Below are positions 1 through 8,196 of a DNA stretch of 17,058 nucleotides, one piece after another. Below the pieces are notes generated by a model, which did no database searches, was not told the origin of the DNA, and was given only the letters and a program-made list of their open reading frames with translations. Where the stretch lies: contig JASFYO010000032.1 in NCBI GenBank assembly GCA_045047305.1, forward strand, positions 1-17,058. Direction: 5' to 3'. Each line of letters begins with the position of its first letter. Within the stretch, counting starts at the first letter, position 1. This stretch comes from Planctomycetota bacterium. Lineage in GTDB: Bacteria; Planctomycetota; UBA1135. A program made the position numbers and the translations under genes.

Positions 1-1
1 A

Positions 2-61
2 CCACAAGATGTAGCGTGCTATATGCAGCTGCCTTTTTCCACAAAGCGCAACATCTGGTAG
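2..61. promoter_or_regulatory. Tandem NrdR-box-like operators (2-17, 46-61; weaker third copy 16-31)
   Basis: ccaCaAgATgTaGcgt (2-17) and gcgCaAcATcTgGtag (46-61) fit the NrdR consensus acaCwAtATaTwGtgt at the C, A, AT, T and G core positions and are 44 bp apart. gtgCtAtATgcaGctg (16-31) has one core mismatch. Confidence 0.65.
35..43 (+). promoter_or_regulatory. DnaA box
   Basis: TTTTCCACA matches TTWTNCACA exactly and lies between the NrdR-like boxes. A single 9-mer could occur by chance. Confidence 0.4.
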
Positions 62-68
62 TTTTCCC

Positions 69-96
69 TTGCCAGAAATCAAGAAATAGGCAAAAT
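69..96 (+). promoter_or_regulatory. Putative sigma70-type promoter of the NUDIX gene (possibly leaderless)
   Basis: TTGCCA (69-74), 16-nt spacer, CAAAAT (91-96), then 7 nt to ATG 104; no clear SD. Confidence 0.35.
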
Positions 97-103
97 CGGA
101 AGC

Positions 104-739
104 ATGGAGTTTGTCTGGGTTGTTCCGCGCTCGGTCCTCTTTCCAGAGGCCACCCCTCATGGCCTAATTGCCCTCGGGGCACAGGAGCTAGAAGACCGTT
201 ATCTGGGGCCCGCAAGGGATTCTGGATTCTTCATCGAGCGCCGCTACGCCGAAGAGCATCCGGAATACAAGCAGCCCATCCCCTATGTTGCGATTTGCCG
301 CGAGAATCAGGTTTTGTGCCTGACTCGCCTTTCCGCACAAGGAGAGAAGCGTCTCCATGGCAAAAAGAGCATCGGCGTCGGAGGGCATATCAACCCCTGC
401 GATCAAGAAGGCTCCGATCTTTTCGCGAGTGCCTGTACTCGCGAGCTGCATGAAGAACTCGTGCTACCAGAAATTGAGCTCGACCTAACTCCGGTTGGCT
501 TGCTCAACGATGACACCACTGCCGTTGGCGCCGTCCACGTCGGTTTGGTTTACCGCCTCAATGCTTCTGACATCGAGGTGGCCATTCGCGAAACCAATGC
601 CATGGCCGGTGAGTTTGAATCACTCTCCAGCCTGGAAGACCTCGCACATTCTGCTGAGCCTCCTTTTGAGACTTGGTCGACACTCCTACTACGTTCCGGC
701 GCCCTCAAGGCATCAGCCGGCTCCCCCATTCTCGCCTGA
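104..739 (+). CDS. NUDIX-family hydrolase/phosphoesterase, YmaB-like (211 aa)
   Basis: Motifs E-x-x-P-x-YKQPIPY, GEKRLHGKKSIGVGGHIN, Nudix-box remnant RELHEEL, LLNDD..AVGAVHVGLVY and C-terminal FETWS are typical of the YmaB-like NUDIX family. Confidence 0.85.
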   Translation: MEFVWVVPRSVLFPEATPHGLIALGAQELEDRYLGPARDSGFFIERRYAEEHPEYKQPIPYVAICRENQVLCLTRLSAQGEKRLHGKKSIGVGGHINPCDQEGSDLFASACTRELHEELVLPEIELDLTPVGLLNDDTTAVGAVHVGLVYRLNASDIEVAIRETNAMAGEFESLSSLEDLAHSAEPPFETWSTLLLRSGALKASAGSPILA

Positions 740-753
740 TTTCATCAACATCC

Positions 754-981
754 ATGGTCCTACCTGTACCCGAATCAGAACTGCCCGACGTCAAGGAACT
801 CTCTGCCCGCCTCAAAGAGGGCATGACCAAATACAGCGTGCGTCTTCACTTCCGTGATGGCCGCGAAGAAAATGGTGCTATCACATTTGTGGAGCGCCTC
901 GGCCGTGGCCGCATCATCGACATTGATCGTGAATTCTCGATGGATTTTTGCATCGCAGACCTCAACGGCATCGATTACTAG
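754..981 (+). CDS. Small hypothetical protein (75 aa), possible Sm/LSm- or SH3-like beta-barrel
   Basis: ATG at 754 lies 14 nt after the NUDIX stop (the track start at 673 overlaps that gene). Protein-like composition: MVLPVPESELPDVKELSARLKEGMTKYSVRLHFRDGREENGAITFVERLGRGRIIDIDREFSMDFCIADLNGIDY. The fold is inference. Confidence 0.75.
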   Translation: MVLPVPESELPDVKELSARLKEGMTKYSVRLHFRDGREENGAITFVERLGRGRIIDIDREFSMDFCIADLNGIDY

Positions 982-987
982 ACCGAC

Positions 988-1833
988 TTAAACGAGGTTG
1001 ATTTCGCCGGCGTAAATATTTGCGCCGGCGTTACGCACCCAGCCAAGGAGCGCCTGCCCAGTCTCTCTTGCGGCGTCGACGGCAAGGGAAGTTGGCATGC
1101 CAACCCCAGCCAAAATCGGCACACCGGCGAGTGCAGCCTTCTGCACCAACTCAAAAGAGATACGGCCGCTAATCAGCAAACAAAGGCCCTTGCTGACGGG
1201 ATAGTGGTCTGCGCGCAACTGGGCCCCCAGCAGTTTATCCACCGCATTGTGGCGGCCGACGTCCTCGGCGACATCGAGTAACTGATCCTCTTGCGGGTCC
1301 CAAAGAGCGGCGCCATGACTGCCTGCAGTGGCCTCAAAAAGTGATTGCGACTGCCGTAATTGCTCAAAGGCAAGCTGCAAAGCGGACAAGCGCAGGGAGC
1401 TGACTCGTGATGCCAATTTAGGGGTTGCCTGCTGCAGTTCCTCCAACGAGCGTGCGCCACACAGTCCACAGGACGAAGAAACTACGGTTTGGCGCAAACG
1501 TCGTGGATCAAAGGCGACGCCTTCGGCAACCGCGACATTCCAGATGTGAGCTTCTGGGGAACCGGTTTCCGGGTTCACGCATCGCTCGATTGCGGTGACA
1601 TCGTCCTTGGCGTGAATCAAACCTTCAGCAGCCAAAAAACCTGCGGCAAGGTCGCGCTCACGGCCAGGTGTGCGCATCAGTACCGCATAGGAAGCGCCAC
1701 GCACCCGGATTTCCATGGGCTCCTCGACGGCAAGCCAATCGGCCTCAGAAGCACTCAATGCGGCCCCCTCAACCACCCGCATTCGTTTACACGCTGCGCG
1801 GTCGACAGGATGAGCAGGTGATTTTTCCGACAT
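988..1833 (-). CDS. fdhD: Formate dehydrogenase accessory sulfurtransferase FdhD
   Basis: AVEEP, MRTPG..DLAAGFL.AEG, SSSCGLCG (CxxC), GSHGAAL, EDVGRHNAVDKLLG, SGRISFELVQKA, PTSLAV. Confidence 0.95.
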   Translation of the reverse strand: MSEKSPAHPVDRAACKRMRVVEGAALSASEADWLAVEEPMEIRVRGASYAVLMRTPGRERDLAAGFLAAEGLIHAKDDVTAIERCVNPETGSPEAHIWNVAVAEGVAFDPRRLRQTVVSSSCGLCGARSLEELQQATPKLASRVSSLRLSALQLAFEQLRQSQSLFEATAGSHGAALWDPQEDQLLDVAEDVGRHNAVDKLLGAQLRADHYPVSKGLCLLISGRISFELVQKAALAGVPILAGVGMPTSLAVDAARETGQALLGWVRNAGANIYAGEINLV

Positions 1834-1838
1834 CAGGC

Positions 1839-1875
1839 AAAAAGGAACGGTCCGGGGGCTAAGCCACCGGACCGT
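1839..1875 (-). terminator. Probable intrinsic terminator after the ArsC/Spx gene
   Basis: Stem ACGGTCCGG (1847-1855) / CCGGACCGT (1867-1875) plus inner GGC/GCC and a 3-nt loop; followed on the minus strand by TCCTTTTT. Confidence 0.7.
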
Positions 1876-1896
1876 AACAAAAACTGTTGCTGCAGC

Positions 1897-2241
1897 CTAA
1901 CGAAGAAAGGTTGCGTAATCAGCCTCGTCGAACCCGAGAATCGCTTTTTCACCGCGAGCCAAAAGAGGGCGGCGAATCATATCTGGGTTGGCGCGAAGGA
2001 GATCGACGACCTCTTTCTTAGTCTTGAAGTTAGCATCCTCGATGCTGTGCTCCTTATATCCCTTAGCCTTCTTATTAAAAGCGCCTTTGGGATCGAGAGC
2101 GTCCACTGCCTTTTCCAGCAGTTTCTTGGCAGGAGGGCTCTTCATGATGTCGAGCACCTCAAAAGCAACATCCTTCTTAGTAAGGTATTTGACTGCCTTT
2201 TCGCAGGTCCTGCACTTGGACTTGATGTAGAGCTTTACCAC
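1897..2241 (-). CDS. ArsC/Spx/MgsR-family thioredoxin-fold protein (114 aa)
   Basis: N-terminal KLYIKSKCRTCEKAVKYL (CxxC), DI...PP, and C-terminal NPDMIRRPLL..GFDE. Start placed at GTG 2241 because family members begin just before KLY; the track start at 2310 adds an atypical extension. Confidence 0.88.
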   Translation of the reverse strand: MVKLYIKSKCRTCEKAVKYLTKKDVAFEVLDIMKSPPAKKLLEKAVDALDPKGAFNKKAKGYKEHSIEDANFKTKKEVVDLLRANPDMIRRPLLARGEKAILGFDEADYATFLR

Positions 2242-2350
2242 GCTATTTCTTGTATCGAGTTGAGAATCCCCCGCCGAAGGAGGGATAATTGGAATGAGGA
2301 GGTTTGCCACGCACGCCTTTCACAGGCTGGGGCCCCCTTTGCGGCCAAGC

Positions 2351-2379
2351 ATTCTACCCAAAAAGCTGAATTTGGGCAA
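2351..2379 (-). promoter_or_regulatory. Putative sigma70 promoter for the ArsC/Spx gene
   Basis: Minus strand TTGCCC (2379-2374), 17-nt spacer, TAGAAT (2356-2351) in an intergenic region. Confidence 0.6.
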
Positions 2380-2431
2380 CCTAGTAACTTTATCCAGCCA
2401 AAGCGCGCCAATTCAGCCCAGTAAGCGGGCT

Positions 2432-2836
2432 CTAGGACTCGACTTCTTCGTCGGCCCCAAACTCTTGGAGTTTGCGCACCAGATTCAAAGCGAAAGTCGA
2501 GCGGGGCGTGACTGCAAGCCCCAACGCCGTCACTTTGGCCATACGCTCCTCATCTTCATGCGAACAAAAGCAAAGGATGGTCCAACTTTCGGTCTTCTCC
2601 GAAGCTCGAATCCCTTTCAAAATCTCTGGGCCATCAAAACTCTTATCTTCAAGGTCCACCACCACGCCGAGGCAATCGAGCGCTAAAACTCGCTCGAGCA
2701 GGTCTTCTCCGGCCTCAAGCCGAATCGCCTCGCGGCCCAAGGCCTCGAGGGTGGTGCAAATCCGATCACTGAAGAAATCTTCTGTGACCAGAACTACGGC
2801 GGCTTCCCGTCGGTTTGATTCGGTATCCTCTGACAT
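2432..2836 (-). CDS. Stand-alone atypical response-regulator receiver (CheY-like) protein, 134 aa
   Basis: Alternating beta/alpha pattern: VVLVTED (acidic pocket), VVVDLE (phosphoacceptor Asp position), DGPEILKGIRA, ILCFCSH; TPRS in place of the usual KP. Confidence 0.75.
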   Translation of the reverse strand: MSEDTESNRREAAVVLVTEDFFSDRICTTLEALGREAIRLEAGEDLLERVLALDCLGVVVDLEDKSFDGPEILKGIRASEKTESWTILCFCSHEDEERMAKVTALGLAVTPRSTFALNLVRKLQEFGADEEVES

Positions 2837-2921
2837 AGGCTTTTCTTCCCCTGTCCAATCGGCAATCCAACGCGGGACTCGCCCTGGAATTGGGAAAAAT
2901 CCATCAAAAGCTACAGAACTC

Positions 2922-5900
2922 CTAGGATTGGTCGCTCATGAGGCCGTGGATTTTGCTCCGTAGCTGATCCAGGGTGTAAGGCTTTTGCAAGAACCCGCGC
3001 AACCCGCGCTCGCCAAGGCGTAGAGAGACGTCCTGCTCCGTATAGCCGCTCGACATCACCACCGGTACGGAAGCATCTAGATCCTGCATCGCGGCATAAA
3101 CATCTTCCCCGCTAATACCAGGCATGGTCAGATCGAGCAAAACCAGCCGAAGCTCGCGGCGGTGATTACGGAACTTCTCCAGTGCTTCCGCCCCATCTAA
3201 AGCCTGCACGACCTCAAAGCCAAGCCGAGACAACATTTCCTTGCCCAGTTGAAGCACGGTTTCATCATCGTCCACCATCAAAACTAGGCCACTACCCTTC
3301 CAGTTCTCAACCGAAATGGGCTTCTTACCAGCTGGTAGATCTTGCTCTGCCGCAATCGGTAGGCAAAGACGGAAAGTAGTTCCTTGCCCAAGTTCGCTCT
3401 CCACCTGAATGCCTCCATAATGCGCGCGAACAATACCGAGTACCGACGCCAACCCCAACCCGCGCCCTTTAAACTTGGTAGAAAAGAAAGGATCATACAT
3501 ACGCTCTAGGGTTTCTTCTTCCATGCCGCATCCATCGTCGCGGACTTTCAAACAAAGATAGCTTCCGGCACGTGGAACATTGATCCCATGTTTCGCCGGA
3601 GCACAGCCATTCTTCAGCAATGCAATATCGAGGTGGATTTCCCCCTTTCCATTGGGCAGAGACTCCGATGCGTTCAAGATGAGATTCATGATGACCTGCC
3701 GCACTTGCGATGGGTCGCCCTCAATCAACGGAAGCGTGCCGCTTGGCGAAAAATACAAAGTAGCGTCCTTTGGCACTGTGATATTTAAAAGCTGGATCAT
3801 CTCCTCCACCAGCTCTTGTAAATCGAAGCGAGATATCTCGTGCTTACTGTGACCGGAAAAAGCCAACATCTGCTGACACAACTCAGCCGCACGGTGGGAT
3901 GCAGATTCAATCTCATGCACCAAAGCTTTCTCTTTGGTGCCAATCAATTGAGAGTCACGCAACAAATCCGCATTACCCAAAATCGCGACGAGAAGGTTGT
4001 TGAAATCATGCGCAATGCCGCCTGCCATCAAACCAAGGCTCTCCATTTTTTGCGCATGCAACATTTTCCGTTCGAGGTCTCGTTGCTTCTCCTCCGCCTC
4101 ATGGGCGTCGTTCTGATCCAAAAGGCGCGCGACCTGTTGACCGAGGTCCAAGCCGAAGTTCACCTCGTCTTCATGCCATTCGCGATGAGATTGCGTATCT
4201 GAAATCCCGACTAAACCGACCAACTTACCCGCGCGACGCACCGGAATCTCAATAATGGCCTTCACCTTGCGATCAGTAATATAGTTGCGCGGGAAATCAT
4301 CAAAACGCGCATCTTTCATCGGATCGTTACTCACTATGGCGCGGCTCTGCTCTAGTTGAGAAAAGAAATTTGGCAAGCCGCCAGCTTCCAATACGATGCC
4401 GGAAAAATGTTCGTCCTTGTGCGCGACATAGAGATCCACCGAACGAAGGTTCCTTCCGCCTGGTTCCATCAACAGCACGGAACAACGTCCTGTGTCCAAT
4501 ACGCTGCAAGCGAGTTCGGTGATACGCTTACACGCCGAACGCAATCCCTTGGTCGCCAGCACCGGATCCGAAGCTAAAGCAAAGATGGACTGCTGTTGCT
4601 TGGCGATTCTAGCCGCCCGCCTTTGTACACCCTCTTGGGCTAGGACTTCATCATGGATATCGGTCAGTACGCCGGAAGCGCGCACTGCGACCCCTTTCTC
4701 ATTCCGCACAGCTTGGCCGCGCGACCGAAACCAACGATATATTTTTGATTTCGTGTGCAGCCGATACTGCACATCGAACTCAATGCCTGTCTCCAAATGG
4801 TCTTCGGCGGCTTGCCTGGTTTGCACGACATCATCTGGGTGCATCAAGGAGTACAACTTCTCTCGAGAGGCTGCCAACTCCGAGTCGCCGTAACCGAGCA
4901 ATTCCTTCAGGCGCGGCGACCACCACATCTCACCGCTGGGTAAGTCCCAATCCCAAAGCCCCTCTTTTGACCCAGCGACGGCAAATGCGAAACGCTCTTC
5001 CGACTGGCGTAATCGCTCCGCAACTTCGTAGCGAGCATGAATATCCCTAATCGAGCCAGTGATACGGATAGGCACTCCATGCTCATCCCAAGACGCTTCT
5101 CCACGAGTGCGGAACCAACGGTGCTTGCCACCTGCGTGAAGAATCCGAACCTCTAGGTCATAGGGCCCATCTTTTTCGAGATGCCGTTCAAAAGCAAGCC
5201 GCGAGCGTTCGCGGTCATCTGGGTGCAGGAAGGAAAACTGTGGATGATCATTCGCATCCACCTCGTCTGGCTGATAGCCAATCAATGCTTTGCATCGATC
5301 AGACCAGTAAGTCTCACCAGTGACTAAGTTGATATCCCACACCCCGTCATCCGATCCACGCACCGCAGAAGCTAAGCGTTCTTCGCTATTGCGCAACTCA
5401 CGTTCGGCACGCTTACGCTTGGTCACGTCGTGGACAATGGAATACAAGCGCACACCATCCTCGGTGTCGATAGGTCCTGAGAAAACCTCAACATCTCGGA
5501 TTTCACCATTCTTCAACCGGTGGCGAAACTCAAAAACAAGCAGCTCTTCCTTTGCTGCTTCCGCCATTTCTAAACGGATTTCCTCTTGGGTGAGCACGTT
5601 AAGATCAAACACGCTCATACCTCTCATCTCATCCGCGGTGTAACCATAAAACTCACAGGCTGCGCTGTTTACTTCTACGATTACCCCGTTTTTTGGATTT
5701 AGAATAAACTTGACCGCCAAATTGGTCTCAAACATTTGACGGTAACGACGCTCACTTTTACGTAACTCTTCCAGCGCGCCGGCCCCCCTACTAATATCGA
5801 TAGAGACACCAAAGAGGCTCTGTACCTCTCCGTTCGAATTGCACAATGGGAACAGGTGGGAACTCGCGAGGAAACCTCCCGACGGGGATAATAAATCACA

Positions 5901-6173
5901 TTCAAAATCTACTGTTTCACCCTGCATGGCTTGCTTAAAGGCCTCTTCCGCAATAGGCAAACTGGACTCCGAAACCAAGGCGGAAAGATGCTTACCCTCC
6001 ACGGCAGAAAAGCCTGGAAGCCCAAGCATTTCACAGCCCTTTGGATTCATGGCACGAATAGTGCCATCGAGGGCTAACTCGTGAATGCAAAAGGGCGCGT
6101 TTTCGACGAGGAGCCGAAAACGTTGCAGGTCGTCAAGCGCACTGCCAGTAAGGAAATCAGAGTGGGGATTCAT
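2922..6173 (-). CDS. Cytoplasmic hybrid sensor histidine kinase: 4xPAS/PAC-GAF-HisKA-HATPase-REC (CckA-like C-terminus)
   Basis: H-box AGGIAHDFNNLL, N-box QVIMNLILNASES, G1 VRDDGCGM, F-box DPFFSTK, G2 GRGLGLA, REC VDDD...LLDLTMPG...SSGY...QKPY. Four PAS/PAC repeats ending DIS, DVT, DIH, DIH, then a GAF-like region. No transmembrane helix seen. Confidence 0.95.
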   Translation of the reverse strand: MNPHSDFLTGSALDDLQRFRLLVENAPFCIHELALDGTIRAMNPKGCEMLGLPGFSAVEGKHLSALVSESSLPIAEEAFKQAMQGETVDFECDLLSPSGGFLASSHLFPLCNSNGEVQSLFGVSIDISRGAGALEELRKSERRYRQMFETNLAVKFILNPKNGVIVEVNSAACEFYGYTADEMRGMSVFDLNVLTQEEIRLEMAEAAKEELLVFEFRHRLKNGEIRDVEVFSGPIDTEDGVRLYSIVHDVTKRKRAERELRNSEERLASAVRGSDDGVWDINLVTGETYWSDRCKALIGYQPDEVDANDHPQFSFLHPDDRERSRLAFERHLEKDGPYDLEVRILHAGGKHRWFRTRGEASWDEHGVPIRITGSIRDIHARYEVAERLRQSEERFAFAVAGSKEGLWDWDLPSGEMWWSPRLKELLGYGDSELAASREKLYSLMHPDDVVQTRQAAEDHLETGIEFDVQYRLHTKSKIYRWFRSRGQAVRNEKGVAVRASGVLTDIHDEVLAQEGVQRRAARIAKQQQSIFALASDPVLATKGLRSACKRITELACSVLDTGRCSVLLMEPGGRNLRSVDLYVAHKDEHFSGIVLEAGGLPNFFSQLEQSRAIVSNDPMKDARFDDFPRNYITDRKVKAIIEIPVRRAGKLVGLVGISDTQSHREWHEDEVNFGLDLGQQVARLLDQNDAHEAEEKQRDLERKMLHAQKMESLGLMAGGIAHDFNNLLVAILGNADLLRDSQLIGTKEKALVHEIESASHRAAELCQQMLAFSGHSKHEISRFDLQELVEEMIQLLNITVPKDATLYFSPSGTLPLIEGDPSQVRQVIMNLILNASESLPNGKGEIHLDIALLKNGCAPAKHGINVPRAGSYLCLKVRDDGCGMEEETLERMYDPFFSTKFKGRGLGLASVLGIVRAHYGGIQVESELGQGTTFRLCLPIAAEQDLPAGKKPISVENWKGSGLVLMVDDDETVLQLGKEMLSRLGFEVVQALDGAEALEKFRNHRRELRLVLLDLTMPGISGEDVYAAMQDLDASVPVVMSSGYTEQDVSLRLGERGLRGFLQKPYTLDQLRSKIHGLMSDQS

Positions 6174-6216
6174 GGATGCCTAGAAAAGGCAAATCCAGTG
6201 TAATCCCTGCCACGGC

Positions 6217-7071
6217 CTAGCGCACGAAATCCAACTCTGGCATTTGTGGGATTAAACCCATGCGAAATGCACGTTCCAAGAACAATTTTACCGCTTCACG
6301 GCCATCATCGCCATAATCCAAGGTGCGGTCATTGACGTACATGGCAATGAACTCATCGGCCTGCTCCAGGGTGAGGTCGCGACCGAACTGCAGCGAGTAC
6401 TTCACTGATTCTTCGCGATGATTCAATCCATATTGAATCGACTCACGCAACAAGCTGGACACCTGTGGGATCAAATCTCCCAAGTCACGCCGTACCGTGT
6501 TTCCGCCTAAAGGCAAGGGCAGTCCATCGGTTTCATCGGACCACCAAACGCCGAGGTCCTTGAGCAGGACTAAGCCTTGCTCTTGGAAAGTCAGCTGACC
6601 TTCGTGGATTAAAACGCCGGCATCGTATTCGCCTTGCTCAACCGCATCGGGGATGGCATCGAAATCGACCAAACCATAGTCGTAATCACCAATCAACATT
6701 TGCGTGGCGAGATGAGCGCTGGTCCATTCACCTGGAATCGCAATGCGCTTGCCTTTGCCTTTCTCAAGATCGGACAAGGACATTTCTTCGCGTGCCACAA
6801 TCCGTGGACCATATTTTTCACCCATGGAAGCACCGTGATTCAACAAGGCATACTTGTCGGACACGAAGGCATAGCCGTGAATCGAAACCGCAGTGATCTC
6901 GTAGTCGCCGGTGACCGCACGACGGTTAAGCGACTCGATGTCTTCTAGCTTATGTTCAAAGCTGAGCCCGCCGGTATCAAGACGGTCCGCCGCCAATGCG
7001 TAGTGCATGAAGGCGTCATCTGGATCGGGGCTGTGCCCAAGCTGAAGAGTACGATTTGCGGTGGTTCCCAT
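6217..7071 (-). CDS. mqnD: 1,4-dihydroxy-6-naphthoate synthase (futalosine menaquinone pathway, MqnA/MqnD family)
   Basis: GHSPDPDDAFMHYAL, DIESLN, GASMGEKYGP, IAIPG..TSA, GVLIHEGQL, DLG.WW, LPLPLGGN, MYVND.TLDYG. ATG 7071 preferred over the track start 7107. Confidence 0.88.
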   Translation of the reverse strand: MGTTANRTLQLGHSPDPDDAFMHYALAADRLDTGGLSFEHKLEDIESLNRRAVTGDYEITAVSIHGYAFVSDKYALLNHGASMGEKYGPRIVAREEMSLSDLEKGKGKRIAIPGEWTSAHLATQMLIGDYDYGLVDFDAIPDAVEQGEYDAGVLIHEGQLTFQEQGLVLLKDLGVWWSDETDGLPLPLGGNTVRRDLGDLIPQVSSLLRESIQYGLNHREESVKYSLQFGRDLTLEQADEFIAMYVNDRTLDYGDDGREAVKLFLERAFRMGLIPQMPELDFVR

Positions 7072-7084
7072 GGATTCGGAGGAG

Positions 7085-7093
7085 ATTCTAGCA
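7085..7093 (-). promoter_or_regulatory. Extended -10 element for mqnD
   Basis: TGcTAGAAT on the minus strand, 13 nt upstream of ATG 7071. Confidence 0.5.
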
Positions 7094-7118
7094 TCCCCTC
7101 CAATCACAGGAATCTGAC

Positions 7119-8051
7119 TTATCGCAAGAGGAAATCCTCGAGGTCGTAAATCAGCTCAGCTAAGCCGTAACTAGAATCGCACATGGCGCGATGAAAAATT
7201 TGTTCCATGTGTCTTGGAGTTAAGGCATTCAATTCTCGCATCGGTGGGTATGCCAGGAAAAGAGACAAGCTCATCTCCCGCTCCTCCTCCGAGTGAGCGC
7301 TGGCGCAAGTGCCTGCCATCGACCAGGGAACCTGATCAAAGGGCACGGCGCCAACCATCAGTTCGTACAGAATGATGGCAAAGGACTGGGCATCTCCCTT
7401 CTCATCCCAGCGCAGGAAGGGGTTGTACCAGGGGGTGGTCACGATGCTGTCTTCACGACAAGCTTCGGGCACCGGGTCAATGAGGAATACTTCCTCCTGC
7501 TCGGTGATGATGATGTTTTCCGGCTTGATATCGCCGTGACAAGTCCATCCGAACTCGCAATTGCGCTGCACAATCTGCGCTGCCTCTAGAACCCATCCCA
7601 GTTTGACCCCTTCCATGGAGCGAATACGCTCACGCAGGGTGGTGCCAGGAATATGGTCCATGACCAGAATCGGGCGATCCTCGACGTAGAGGATCTCGTG
7701 CAAGCGCGGCACCGAGTTGCCATCGGCCAGGCGCAGCATTTCTGCTTCCTGGATAAGGAGAGCATCGACTTCCTTAGAGTTCAGGACCTCGGCCCGTGCG
7801 CCTTCGACTGGATCGAGAAACATGGCCTCTGCCGGAGTCTCATCTGGGCTCACAGCGCGTGGGTCACGTGTAACCGTGACTTCCCCGAAGCGGGGCAGGA
7901 AACGTCCGCCACCACTGTCATCGCCCATTTTTAGGGCAACGCGGCGTCCTTTCGGGTCAGTGGCCAGGAATACTTGCGCGAAAGCTCCTCTGCCGAGAAA
8001 GCCTTCGACCTCGTATTGGCCGATCTTTTGTCCTGTCTGAATTTGAAGCAT
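7119..8051 (-). CDS. Hanks-type Ser/Thr protein kinase, soluble and atypical (310 aa)
   Basis: Gly loop LGRGAFAQVF, VALK, alphaC E in QEAEML, LVMDHIPG.TL, catalytic loop HGDIKPENI, LIDPV at the DFG position, TPWYNP at the APE position, D..SFAIILYELMVG..PF. Confidence 0.88.
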   Translation of the reverse strand: MLQIQTGQKIGQYEVEGFLGRGAFAQVFLATDPKGRRVALKMGDDSGGGRFLPRFGEVTVTRDPRAVSPDETPAEAMFLDPVEGARAEVLNSKEVDALLIQEAEMLRLADGNSVPRLHEILYVEDRPILVMDHIPGTTLRERIRSMEGVKLGWVLEAAQIVQRNCEFGWTCHGDIKPENIIITEQEEVFLIDPVPEACREDSIVTTPWYNPFLRWDEKGDAQSFAIILYELMVGAVPFDQVPWSMAGTCASAHSEEEREMSLSLFLAYPPMRELNALTPRHMEQIFHRAMCDSSYGLAELIYDLEDFLLR

Positions 8052-8196
8052 GGGATGAACTGGGTTCGCATATCTATCGGCGGCAGTCGGCTCGATTCTG
8101 TAGGACTTGAGCAGAATCCTCCCCCTGCATTTTTGATTTCACCCAAAGGACAAAAATATCCTAAAATCGCCAGATTCCGCTCAAGGAAAACCCCTG

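Noticed and set aside
16..453. 145-aa plus-strand ORF and other short alternative-frame ORFs in the track
   Set aside because: Overlap well-supported genes in other frames; Arg/Ser/Pro-rich non-protein-like composition.
6217..7071. mqnD isolated from other futalosine-pathway genes
   Set aside because: mqn genes are commonly scattered; not unusual.
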